64,000 nt of DNA, from assembly GCA_013265495.1 (NCBI GenBank), contig MU058213.1, forward strand, positions 868,001-932,000, read 5' to 3'. The notes under the pieces are model-generated. The model saw only the letters and a list, made by a program, of their open reading frames with translations. It ran no database searches and was not told the DNA's origin. The DNA comes from Vicugna vicugna (taxonomy: Eukaryota). A program made the position numbers and the translations under genes. Of the stretch, positions 26,220-38,140 are shown piece by piece (the first letter of the stretch is position 1; each line of letters opens with the position of its first letter).

Positions 26220-27400
26220 ATGAATCTCAGTTGTCTATAAAATGACAACTCCCAAATTTCTATCTCCTGCCCTGACTTCTCCTTCGAATTCCAGTCTCCT
26301 GTATCAACTCACTTTGACACCCCTGCCCATCCCCAAACAAACTCCTTTTTTTTTCCAGTGTAGAGCACATTTTTCAGTTATACATGAACATATATATATT
26401 CATTGTTACATTTTTTTCTCTGTGAGCTACCATAAGATCTTGTATATATTTCCCTGTGCTATACAGTATAATCTTATTTATCTATTCTACAATTTTGAAA
26501 TCCCAGCCTATCCCTTCCCACTCTCTGCCCCCTTGGCAACCACAAGTTTGTCTCAAACAAACTCTTGATTCCCTAGGAGCCTGCTCTCCCAGGGGTTGTC
26601 CCATTTCAGTAAATGGCAGTTCCTGTCTTCTAGTTTCTCAGGTTATAAACCTTATCATCATCCTTGATGTCTTTCCTTTTCTCATATCACACATCTAATC
26701 CATCAACAAATCCTGTAGGCTCTCCCCATAAAATATATCCAGAATCCAACCACTTCTCTACCAGCTACCCTAGTCTAGGCTACCATCATCTTCTGGACCA
26801 TAGTGAGAGCTTCCAAACTGGTCTCCCTAATTCATCCCTTGCTCCCCAGTAGTTTTCCATACCACAACTGGGTTCAGAATTGTCATAGAATATAAGAAAA
26901 TGTAGGTCAGATCATGTCACTCTTGTTCTGAAAATCTAAGTAGCTTCTGACTTCACTCACTTATAAAATCCAAAATTCTCACCACGGCTGTGTGATCTGG
27001 CCCTGTTCCCCTTCCCAGCTCACCGTGCTCCAGTTAAATGGGTGTCCTCACTGCTGGCTGAACACCAGGCATGCTCGCACCCCAAGCCTATGCACTTTCT
27101 GTCTGGAATATTCTTTCCTTAGATATCAGCAAGACTTGTTTCGTTACTTCTTTTGGTCTCTGTCCAAAGGCCACCTTATCAGAGAGGCCCATCCTAATAA
27201 CTTTATATGAACTAGAACACCTGCCTTCAGTGTTTACCCTTTTCATCCCACTATTTGTTTATCTGGTTTTCTCTACCCACCCTCCTCCACTGGAATATAA
27301 ACTCTATGAGAATAGAGACTTTACTTTGTTCATTACTCAGTACCTAGAAAGTGCTTAGTACACAGTAGGAGCTCACTAAATGTTTCTTGAATTGATGAAT
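26220..27400 (+). mobile_element. L2 LINE fragment interrupted by a young L1 3' end
   Basis: atgacaactcccaaatttctatctcc...tcagatcatgtcactc...agtgcttagtacacagtaggagctcactaaatgtttcttgaattgatgaat. Confidence 0.75.
26345..26550 (-). mobile_element. Young lineage-specific L1 3' fragment
   Basis: Poly-T start, tttccctgtgctatacag and cccttggcaaccacaagtttgt motifs; TSD caaacaaactc on both sides. Confidence 0.8.
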
Positions 27401-27912
27401 CTTCGTTTTAACTCTTATGCTTAAAAACCAGTAGCTTCTTAACATTTTTGCTAAATGAAGATCACATTGAAATTTAAGCACCTCTGCACCTATATATAGT
27501 ACACAGTTGAATGCCATGAACCCTGGGAACATTAAATCAGGAATACTGCCGATCACATTGCTGTCACTCTGGTACCTGGGGGAGGAATATTATGCAAAGG
27601 CTGAAAGGAGAGATCTGCAGCGTTTCCAGTTCACAACTTACGGGCTGCATGCACTCCTGAACTACTTCCCACTCTCCCCTAAAATGTCTTGTAGAGCAAG
27701 TAGGCTCACATCTAAACTTAAAGGCCTTATGCTGCTCTGAAATACTTCTTTTATTCTTATTTCCTTTGTCAGGTCCTCTCCTTCCATTGCTGGGATCTTT
27801 TCCTTAATTCTTTTGTTTCTTCCCTATCACTAAACTGTTGTTCCTGACATACTTAGTCACTTACTTTCTAGGGAAGTAAGGAATTAATAGAAATTCAGGA
27901 ACTTAAATGGCC

Positions 27913-28130
27913 AGAGTAGTGATATTCAACTGTGGCTATACTTCAGAATCCCGACCGATTAAAACACACACACATGCACACGCACACACACACACACACC
28001 CCCCACGGACATGGCCAGGCTCCTTCTGCTAGACATTCTGATGTAGTCAGTCTGCAGTGGGGAACACACACCAATACTTTTCAAAAGCTTCCCAGGTTAT
28101 TCTAACAGGCAACCAGAGCTGAGAAGGCCT
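27913..28130. mobile_element. MER5-like hAT-Charlie element with internal (CA)n
   Basis: cagaatcc...attctgatgtagtcagtctg...aagcttcccaggttattctaa...gctgagaa. Confidence 0.6.
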
Positions 28131-28333
28131 GGCTTCAGGGGAGCCCAAGAGATGTCCCTGCTGTTTGACTGATGAGCATGATGTGGTCAGGAAGCTACTG
28201 CAGCACTATAGGCACAGTATGTGATGATGACTAAAGAAACCCGTGTTGAATATTTAATACATGAGTGACTAAGCTTTCCCACCACCGACACATGTACCAG
28301 AAAGACCTTTTATCTCACACAGAAAATACTTGC

Positions 28334-28480
28334 CCAGAATCAGGTTCTTAACAAGTTTTTGCTCATCTTCCTTCTTGTATTCCAGCATTCCTTGGAAATC
28401 CTTTTCTTTCCTGGGAATGTTGACTGGACGGATGGGTTCATCGATGATCTGTCCTGGAGATATGTTCTCCATCTGGCCCA
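28334..28480 (-). CDS. MYO5A: Myosin Va coding exon, start of globular tail ((V)[10 protein letters not shown]...KNLIL)
   Basis: 147 bp; acceptor atgaag, non-canonical donor GCAAGT required to keep frame. Confidence 0.94.
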
Positions 28481-30186
28481 CTTCATGAGAAACAGAAAGA
28501 AGAAAAATGTTTCCAGGTAGAAAAGATAAGAGGGTTCCATGTTCCTATAATTTTAAGTGAACTATGTAAAAAAAGAAACTTCCTGTATTTGCCACTTAAT
28601 TATCCCTTAAGTATTTTTTTTTTTGGTAAAATTGGGTGGATAGATGGCAAATTTATATGGTAATGTCACTCTGACAACTACTACTACTATCAACATCAAA
28701 GAAACTTATTTGATTCAAAAGCATTTTTTTTTGTAATAAGGTTTACTTTGTAATAAGATTAAATGTCCCCAAAGTGGTTTAGATTCTTAGTTAACTAATG
28801 AATATCAATCATAAATGTCTAAATATATTTAGATTTTAATTCACAGAAGGAAAAAAACAATATTCTATAAAGAGGTAGCCAGAGTATAAAAGATTCTCCT
28901 TTACTTTTAGCTCTACGAACCTAGTCATCAAAGAAAAAGAACATTTACTTTACATGTATCACAACAATCAGTTCCAACCACATCAAGACAGCTGGGAGAA
29001 GAGTGTCTCTTCACACTAGGGGATGTGAAAGGTACTACTTTTCACAAAGGCTCCATAAAGCAAAGAATCAACTTTCTCCTGTCACTCCCCATTCCCAAAG
29101 AAATCATGGACAGAAAAAACAACCTCTCTTTAGTAAGTTTCCTAAATATTATTCAGCTTTTGGTTTGTTTGTTTTTAGTAAAGTGCTAAAAGTTCTACCA
29201 CAAGCTTGCAACCATAAAAGTACAACCACTGGTTAACCACCTTTCAAGTATTTAATGATGCAGCTGTTAGAGAAGGACTAAGCTAAGGGTTAAAAAAGGC
29301 CTCCAATTTCATCTCAAAATTGAGAACTGAATGGGAACTGCAAAGGAAGGCAAGGGAATACATGAATTATGATGGTGTTTGTGGAGACATATGCTAGTAA
29401 GCAGATTTTTAATTCTTTTATCTGCAGGAAGTTGGGGAGGGAGGTTAAGAAATCTATTTAGGTACAGATTAAGTTTGAGTTCAGAGACTTTTGGCAAACA
29501 AACAAAACGCAGGTCAGATGCATTAGAAAGCTGAACACCGCTGACTCCATACAAGGCTATCAGCTTCTCCTGTCATTGGGCAATTTCCTGAGTTAGTTCT
29601 GGGAAGTCAGCTCCACAGGACGAGGTTACACAGAGAATACCAATACCTGCCAGTGCTCTTGCTTATGTGGCAGAGAGCCTGGTGACACTCGTCCACCTTA
29701 TGACGCAGCGTCACCACCGACTGGGACCACCAGCGCAGAACATCACCACCATCCATCAACATAATGATATCTAAGGAGTGATCATACTGTGATTGGACAA
29801 ATCAAGGTTGTGGCCATCCACCATAATCTAGCATTTCATGTGTGTCACGCAGTCTGGAACCACAGGAATAACTATCAAATGTATGCCTCTATAAGAGATA
29901 GGAGATTCAAACTATTTAGTGTTACATAAATTATATCTGGAGTCAGTTTAAACACAACACCATGAGGATCTCAGAATCCGCACACAGGGGCCTTCACAGC
30001 TCATGCACACATGCTGCATGTAAAACACAAGATAATAAAATCCCTGCCATCTATGTTACCAGTTGCTTTAAGCCACAGGAACAATTTCAAGAGGAGAAAC
30101 TCGGAGGAAACGGATTCAACACATTAAGGTTATCAATAAATGCACATATTTTGACTCCATGTAATTCAAAATGAATGTTTTAAACC

Positions 30187-30376
30187 TACTGATTTTATCA
30201 TATCTAAGGTGCCACTGATTATGAGATATATTTTATGTAACACTAAAGAAGGAAAAATATTGCCAATTAAATTACAACCCAACTGTCAAATGTCAACTGC
30301 TGTAAGACATATATCCTAATTTTAGAGATGTTAAAATGTGAAAAATTGTGCACCTCAGTATTTATGAAACACTCAG
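30187..30376. mobile_element. MER104/Kanga-like TcMar-Tc2 fossil
   Basis: tgtaagac...agagatgttaaaatgtgaaaaattgtgcacc...atgaaacac motif. Confidence 0.55.
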
Positions 30377-33094
30377 GTGACTATTTTAAGAGATACTATG
30401 TTTTAAAAGAAAGCTTCACTTTCCTTTTGCAAAATCTCCAACAAAGATATCTTTGGTTCTGTACAAAAATGTCAGAGATAAAATTTGCCATACTTTCATT
30501 AAAAATTCTGTCTTTGAATCCTTCCCAGAGATTAGAGTCTTTACAAAACTCACAGATAAAATATAGATGTCAGCTCAACATAACCTTGATTTGTTGAACA
30601 AATCATATACTAATTTAAATAAAATGTCAACCCTATGCAGTATCAGGAAAATACAAAGCCTTTTGGAAAGAAAGAAGCCAGAATATCACTCAGTTTTCAG
30701 ACTCAAGTGACCCTGGGGGTCATCTAATACAGACATCCTTCTAGAAAGATCTGAAGCAATTTCATTTTCTAGATTCTTTATACTTGAGAGAAAAACATTC
30801 CTGAAACTTTCTGTTCTAGAAAAAGAAAGGAAATTAGAAGATTAAAAAATTTTTTCCTCCCATTAGTACAGGGAAGATCTTGATCTCAGGTTTAATTGAG
30901 ACGGTCAAATGAATTCCTACAGAGAGAGTTTGTGAAAAATACGACACAAAAGAGAGAAGTCAGTGGTCCTCAGGCTTGGGCTCTAGTCTGTCTGGCGCCT
31001 AAGTGGCTGGAACACTGGAAGTCACTTATGGTTTCTGGGCCTCGGCTTTCTTCTCCTGTGAAGTAATTAACTGATTTCTAGAACTCTTTTAGATCTAAAT
31101 TCCCAAAGTCTATGAAAATTGAGATGGCACACCCACTCCTGGATTAAAATAGAGCACAAAGCAGATCAAATTTTGAAACACCCTCCACTTAGCTAGGTTA
31201 TTTCTGCTAAAAATTATGTATGTTGGTGTTAAAAAAAAAAGTCTTCATGGCTTCTAAAAATGTCTCCTTAATTAAGTGTAGCCCATAGGAGGAAGCAAGG
31301 GTGTCTCTATTTTAAACCGGAGGAATTTAAGTATATTATATACATTTAGAAAAGTATAAGAAAACTTTTAGGTATTAGAAGGTGCTCTGCTGTGCAAGGT
31401 TATCAGTGCTTTCTGTGCAGACTGTGGGGAATAAAGGACAAGGAAGAGAAAGACGTCAGGAGAGGCTGTCACCTTTACCCTTTGCCTCGGGGAGGGGAGC
31501 TATTCTGTGCTCAGCAAATGCTCAAGTCACATAAACCTACTTCATCTTTTAGACGTGGATCGTCTAACTCAACTTTTCTTATGAATAGTATGTCTTTTTC
31601 ACTTAATCTGTGAATTGCCTTCTCAAATGTACTTACAATTTAAGAACAAAGCTGGCAGGACAGTTTAACTGATGAGGTTGATTTCTGATTGATAATGACT
31701 TAAAACTGCTAACATCTTGAGATATTCTAGGCTATTTCATCAAGTAAAAATATACGTATCAAAGAAAGCTAAGTAACAATGGAAAATAATAAGTGGCTTT
31801 TCTGTTTATCCAAAGTTACACATGTATGGCAAAGGAAACATTAGAAATTTAAAAAATAATCTCACAGGACAATACCCTTAAAATCAGTTTCTTTCAAGCA
31901 AATACTCTTATCTAATTATCATCTCATAATTAATGCAGAGTTAAAGTGCACAAAGGCTCTCTGAATAAAGATTTTTAAAGTTCTGCCAATAGACATTACA
32001 CCCATGTGTGTGACTTGGAAGTTCAAAATTTTAATGTCATATGTGAATCACATAATGCTAAAGGATGATATAAAAATGACTGCAAAGTAATATCTGACTT
32101 CTAAACAAATATTTCAACATTTGTACATCCAAGGGAGTATCATGCTCTTCAAAGTAAACATCCATGTTGCCATTCCAAATATTTCTGAAGCTTATTTACA
32201 CATTCAACAAACATTGATGGAATGACTACGAAAGGTCAGACACTATGCTTATGTGTCTGTGTGAAAACGGGGGGAAATAAGAGGTGTCCCAATACGCAGG
32301 AAGTTCAGAGTACACTGAAGAAGCCAGTAATTCAAAGAAAGAAACTGTTAAAAATATGACAATGAAAACCACAAAAGACAGGAGCCAAGTTGTGGTGTCT
32401 GCAGGGTCTGACTGGGAGATCAGGAAAGGCTACTCCTGAGGATGGGACATATGACTCTGGTCTCAAAGGACAAGCAGGACTTGACTAAGAGAAGTGGGAA
32501 GATCAAACAGAAGCAACAGTTAAGACAGGCCTGGCTGGCTGGAGGAATGAAAGCCACACAGTTAATCAGGGTAGATTCTTCTGAACATTCCCAGTGATGG
32601 GCAATCTTCACCCTCTGAGCTGAGAAAGAATTATGCTGAGTAACATTCAGAGAAGAGATGGGCAGTCAGACTTCACAGTATCATTTCTGGTCAAAATGAT
32701 ACCAGCTTGCATAGGTTTGAAGGCAGTTCCACAGAGGGTCTCTAAATCCTTTGAACAATGAGAGCATTGTTGGAATAAGCCTCGAATGTGGCCTTAGCCC
32801 TGCTCACTGCTATGTCCCTGGCACGCACATCAATACTTACTGAAGGAACAAACACACTAATCCACAAAAGAAGAATCGTTTGTATATAATAATGACAACT
32901 GATGTCTAATTACTTCTCAAGGTGTTCTCCCATCATCATCATATACAAATCATGAGTTGTTTCAAAAAAAATCTTATTTCTTTACAATCATAATTCATTT
33001 TTTCTTACTGATTTCTTTTTGTTCTCCATCAGATGATAAATTCTTTGAGGACACAGACTCTAGTTTACTCCTCTTAGAATTCCTAATACTAAGA

Positions 33095-33350
33095 ATAACA
33101 GTAATAATAACTAAGTTGTATATAGCATTTACTATGGTCAGGAACTATACTAAATGCATTTCACAAATTACTTAATTAATCCTTAAAAACCATGTCAGGT
33201 ATACACCATTATCATTCTCATTTAACAGGTGGGAACACTGAGGCAAAGAAAGGTACAGTTAACTTGCCCAATATTAGATAACTAGTATTGGAAAAGCCAA
33301 GATTTGAACCCAAGAAGCTTGGCTACAAAATACATGCTCTTAACCTCTAT
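33095..33350 (-). mobile_element. MIR SINE
   Basis: cattctcatttaacaggtgggaacactgaggc...aacttgcccaa...gatttgaaccca. Confidence 0.7.
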
Positions 33351-33615
33351 GCTATCCTGCCTAGCACAGTGCCTGGCATACAGAAGATGGTCATTAGATG
33401 TCTATGGAATGAATTCTTTCTTCAGAAATTATTACTACCATGAAAAGAACATTTCCCCCTCACCTAGCAATGTAAATTCCCACTCCACAGGGGCTAGACT
33501 TGCTGAAAGTCATTTCTGTTATCATCCCTAATATTTGCATGCAAACCTACGAAGCCACTAGTACAGCAACACAAAGCCAAGATTCAGTAATTGTTATAAA
33601 AACAAGTTTAAATAC

Positions 33616-33709
33616 CTTCCAGTTCACCAATTTTTTTGGCAAATACTTTCAGTTGTTTTTTCAGTTTCCGGACAGTCTTATCTTGTTTTTCAAGTTGTTC
33701 CATCAAATC
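33616..33709 (-). CDS. MYO5A: Myosin Va coding exon ([11 protein letters not shown]...KIGELE)
   Basis: 94 bp; acceptor ctttag, donor GTATTT; phase 0 to 1. Confidence 0.96.
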
Positions 33710-34987
33710 CTAAAGATCAGAATGAGAAATATAACAGGAAGATCAAAATAGGCCTTCTAAAATGCCAGAAGGAAGGCAGACACAAAATCAGAGAAACAGC
33801 GTTTGTTAGTTTTACATAAAAGCTCCAGAAAAGCTCATTGGTGGAGCCCCACCCAGCTAAAACTGGCAGGAGATGGGGAATGCAGCTACAATGAAAGCGA
33901 AATGTTAAAATATACAATGCAATCAACTCCTTTACAGCGTGATGGATAGCAGGCTCGCTGGGGAGTCTTTCCTAGGAGACTCCACGTGGGCAAAACAATT
34001 AAATGCTCATAAAATATACTGTTAATCCAGGGGAAAGCTTTCTTTTAAAGAGGGAATGCGCAAAATAAATTTTGATGAATGCACACAAAGTTGTATGGGA
34101 AGTTTTAAGGATGGCTGAACTTTGGTACGGTCTTTTGACTGAGATCCATGTGTGTGAAGCACTGTCTCTATGAGACTCACCCATTAGTTTTAGAGGCTAA
34201 AACTAGTCCTGTGACGTAGGAAAAGTTAAGAAGCTTGGGGACTTAAAAGGTAAGTTGAAAAGTAACCACAGAGAAGAGGATAGGGAGCGGTCTGCAGACC
34301 AAGCGGCAGTGGCATGACAAGCCCCTAAACTCTTGCAGGTGATACAATTTTGCTTGTAGAGAAAAGAATTCCAAATGCTTTATGCAAAAAGAGAAACAAA
34401 AGCAGTACTTTCAAGAGTAGGGGATAGAAAAGTGTATGATAATTGGCTCTCTAATCAAGAACTCTTTCAAATGACAGGGAGAGTTAAAAGATTGATAATT
34501 AAGAAGTGGGCAACAGCAGCCTGGGAGTTCAGAAGGGAAATGAAACAGTGATATCTGTGGCTGTAATTCAGGTTATAGAGAAAAACAGCATTTATAAATA
34601 CAAATATCCATTCATTCTCCAGTTTAGACAGAGCTGATTTAGATACTAGACCAATGATTCAAAGGGAAGAGTTGCTAAATTTCAAAGTGCTCAGTTGTGC
34701 TTCTTGGATTTTTCTTTCTCTCTCAAATCACGTTTTGCTCCCATCACACTGCAAGCCTAGTGTTAATAACAAACCAAATGTGACAATGGACGCAAGACAC
34801 TGATAGAGGTGACACCACTGGCTAAAAGACAGCTGTGGGGGGAAACAGGTTTTGTGAAAGTTTGTGAAGAGACTTCCTGGGGCAGGGCGGGCAGGGCGGG
34901 CGGGCAGCGTGAGTTCTCCAGGTACAGAGGGCTAGAAGGAGCAAGGACAACGCCAACGACAACGAGAAACACTCGGAATTTACATAC

Positions 34988-35062
34988 AATCATCCGTTTG
35001 TAAAGTGAAATCCGATATGATTGATACTTCTTAGGGTCATCTGCATATAATTCCTCAAAATA
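34988..35062 (-). CDS. MYO5A: Myosin Va alternative exon F ([25 protein letters not shown]), melanophilin-binding melanocyte exon
   Basis: 75 bp symmetric phase 0 exon; acceptor tttcag, donor GTATGT. Confidence 0.95.
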
Positions 35063-37383
35063 CTGAAAAAACAGGCACAACGACATTTGTTTCTCTCTGT
35101 GTCTTGGAGGGGAATGCTACCTCTTGGCAACATCAATTTTTAAACATTTAACAACACAAATAATGACACTATATACATGCAAAAGGCTCTGACTTGTCAC
35201 CGGCCACTGCCCTCTGATTTTCCTAGTACTGATGACTCCCATTATCGATACACACACGTATTCTGACATGCTCACTGGAAACAGGCTATTTAGCGGGTAA
35301 ACAGAGCAGTGGGCCATAGTCCCCAGATAAGGTCGTTATTTCACTCCTCAGACCTCTTCACAAGTTGCTGCACCTTTTTGCTGGGGGAAGGCAAATAAAA
35401 TGAAAATGCGAATAAATGGCAAAGTGGGCGCTTTTGTTTGAAGCTGGAAAGACTGGTGAGAAGCTGTGTGCCTTCCTTCCCTGAAAGGCGGCTTAGGGGT
35501 GGCCTGCGAAGCATGTTCACTAGGGAAGGGAGGAAAAACCATCTCAGTGTTTGTGCTGGGGGGTAGGTGGGTGGGTAGGGTTTGCAGGGTAGAGTTTCCA
35601 AGAACTCCAAGCCTAGGCCCACTGCTACTTTAATAGTCTGCCCAAGCGCTTCCTAAACAAGTGCGCAGTTAATCCTGAGAAACCACAATGACTGTGAAAA
35701 AGCGCATCATTTCCTGTACATAAGTTTGAATCCGCTCTCCTGAATTAGGAGTCCGGGAGGCAGGAGAAGCAGCTGACCTACGAAGGTTTTTCCTAAAATT
35801 CAAACTCATTAACTAGATTCTACCAGCTTAGAATGTGGGGGCTTAGTTTATTTTTGTATTACCTAAAAAAATATTGAGAGGAAAATTAATAGTGCACACG
35901 AGGGTACAAGGGAAATGCTTAACCAACTTTGTGAAAAAAAAACCTGGGAATTTGCTACCCAGAAGCATATTCATTTCATGGTTTCACCTTATATTTTAAG
36001 ACAATCATTTGTAAGCACAGAATTTATATGCTGATCAATCATTATTATATTATATAGTATATTTAATCAATTCTTAGTCATTAAAGCATTGTTAGTTTAA
36101 CTTAAGCAACAATATACTTGAGAGTAATAAAACGACGTTTCAAAAATATTCCATGATTCAGAAGATCTTCTCCCACAAATCAGTGACATTTCAAGGCACT
36201 TTGGAAAGAGTCCAGACTCAACTCTCACCCACCTCTCCCATTCCTACAATGCAGCCTCACCAGCAAGCTGTCTTCAGAGGGACAGACTGGGAAAATACTT
36301 CTGAGTTCTGCTTCAAATTAATATAAAAGAATAGATGACACCAGAAAGCTATTTGTAATGTAAATGATTGCTAATGGGGTAATGGATAGGTAATCCAGAT
36401 TACTAAGCCTTCAGAGAAAATCTAATGACTATTATAGGTCATTAAAACCCTGAATTAAAAAACAAAAACCAAAACAAATCACTGTCAGTCCTACACAGCT
36501 TTTCTAAAAACTGGGCTGACACTAAAATATATATTTTTACATAGAAATATAGAATTATAACTTTTTGATGACTTTTAATTTAATAAGTATATTTATCAAA
36601 CAAGCAGATTTTTAAAAACCTGAAAATCTGTAATAGAAGTTATTTTGTGAGTGAGAAATACTTTAGAAAATATTTTCTGTAAAAGAAAGAAGGACAGAAA
36701 GGGAAAAAAGAAGAAAAAGAAAAAAACTTAGATTCTGTGTCAGTATTCAGAATCTGGCAAAGGAAAATATTTCCTCATTCACTGCCCAAGTTCTGTTAAA
36801 AAGAATCAAGAATATATAAACTTGAATCCTGACGTCCTTCCTCCCTGACCTGGGAGCTTCATCCAAGGTCAACCTAAAGCCCTGCTCTGGTTCTGCCAAA
36901 CGCCTTCCCCTGAACATGACTCTAATCCCATGGTCTGCTACAGATGGAGGCTGGGAAAGCCTCAGTGGTGCTTGGGGACCAAAGGCGAACAAAGCATGTC
37001 CTCAGTCTCCATTGTAACAACCATATAACCTCCTCGAATGGCAGAGAATCTGCAGCTGAAGTGGAGGAAGTGGGGCAGCTGAGTTCTGAGGACATCAGAA
37101 GCCCAGCACACAGACGGCTGGTATCTTCCAGACCCACCAAGTGAGGTCTGAGGATGCTCAGACGCGCCAGAGCCTTCTGTGAGAAACAACTCGAGTACCA
37201 CCTTTTCCATTTCTACCAACACAGCTGTGCTTTCCTTGCTCTGCCCCTGCTAGAGGAAGAGAGTAATCAGTGTGGGGCAGTGAGTGTTTCCCAGCTGGGA
37301 AAAATATCTGCTCAGAAAGAAAGCAGGGCCTCCCTGCAGGGCCAGGGCCGCTGCTGAGGCGTGGGGCGCGGGCGCTCCCTTAC

Positions 37384-37582
37384 CAGGTTCTCGTTGGTGA
37401 GCCGGGTGATCTCGTGCTGCAGGCTGGCCTCGATGCGGGCCTCCGGCGGCAGCTGCAGGTTCTGGGCCAGCAGCTGCTGCTGCCGGTTGTTCTCCTCCTT
37501 CAGGCTCTGGATCTCCCCGCGGAGGGCTTCGGCCTCATTCTCGTGGCTCCTCTTCTGCGACTGCAGCTGCGACTCCAGGAGC
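37384..37582 (-). CDS. MYO5A: Myosin Va tail exon E ([16 protein letters not shown]...LTNENL)
   Basis: 199 bp; acceptor cccacag, donor GTAAGG; phase 2 to 0; translated manually. Confidence 0.96.
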
Positions 37583-37904
37583 CTGTGGGAGAAGCCACAT
37601 GGGTAGAAAAAGGAGGTGACACTCGAGTCCCTACCTGGCAGCTGCGAGGCTCCATGCTCACTTGCAAGGGCAGGAAATGTGGGGACTCTGTAGTGTCTGT
37701 GTAATTTCTGACTTGATTAAAGTACAGGAACTTAAACAAGGGCCAAAAATGGAAAAGGATGCTCTCATATTTGCATCTTTCTGAATTGTGGACACTGCTA
37801 CAAATACAAAGTTCTCAAAGGTCCTGAGAAACAGGAGAGTTTTAGCTCTTTTGAAAGGTTCATAGGAAATGATGACTAAAATAATCAATTAAAAGATAGC
37901 TTTA

Positions 37905-38140
37905 TAAATTAGGAATTCGGGATTTGCAGATGCTAACTACTATATATAAAATAGATAAACAACAAGTTTATACCGTATAGCACAGGGAACTATATTCAAT
38001 ATCTTACAGTAACTTATAGTTAAAAAGAATATGAAAACGAATATATGTGTGTTCCTATGTGACTAAAGTATTGTGCTGTACACCAGAAATTGACACAACA
38101 TTGTAAATTAACTATACTTCAATAAAAATATATTTTTTAA
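37905..38140 (+). mobile_element. Young L1 3' fragment (cetartiodactyl/camelid type)
   Basis: gatttgcagatgctaactactatatataaaatagataaacaacaag...tatagcacagggaactatattcaat...aataaa; TSD aaaagatagcttta (37891-37904) / aaaagacagcttta (38141-38154). Confidence 0.85.

Noticed and set aside
37270..37704. 144-aa + strand ORF antisense to exon E
   Set aside because: Expected shadow ORF of a very high-GC3 exon; no ATG start (TGT/GTG context) and no recognisable protein
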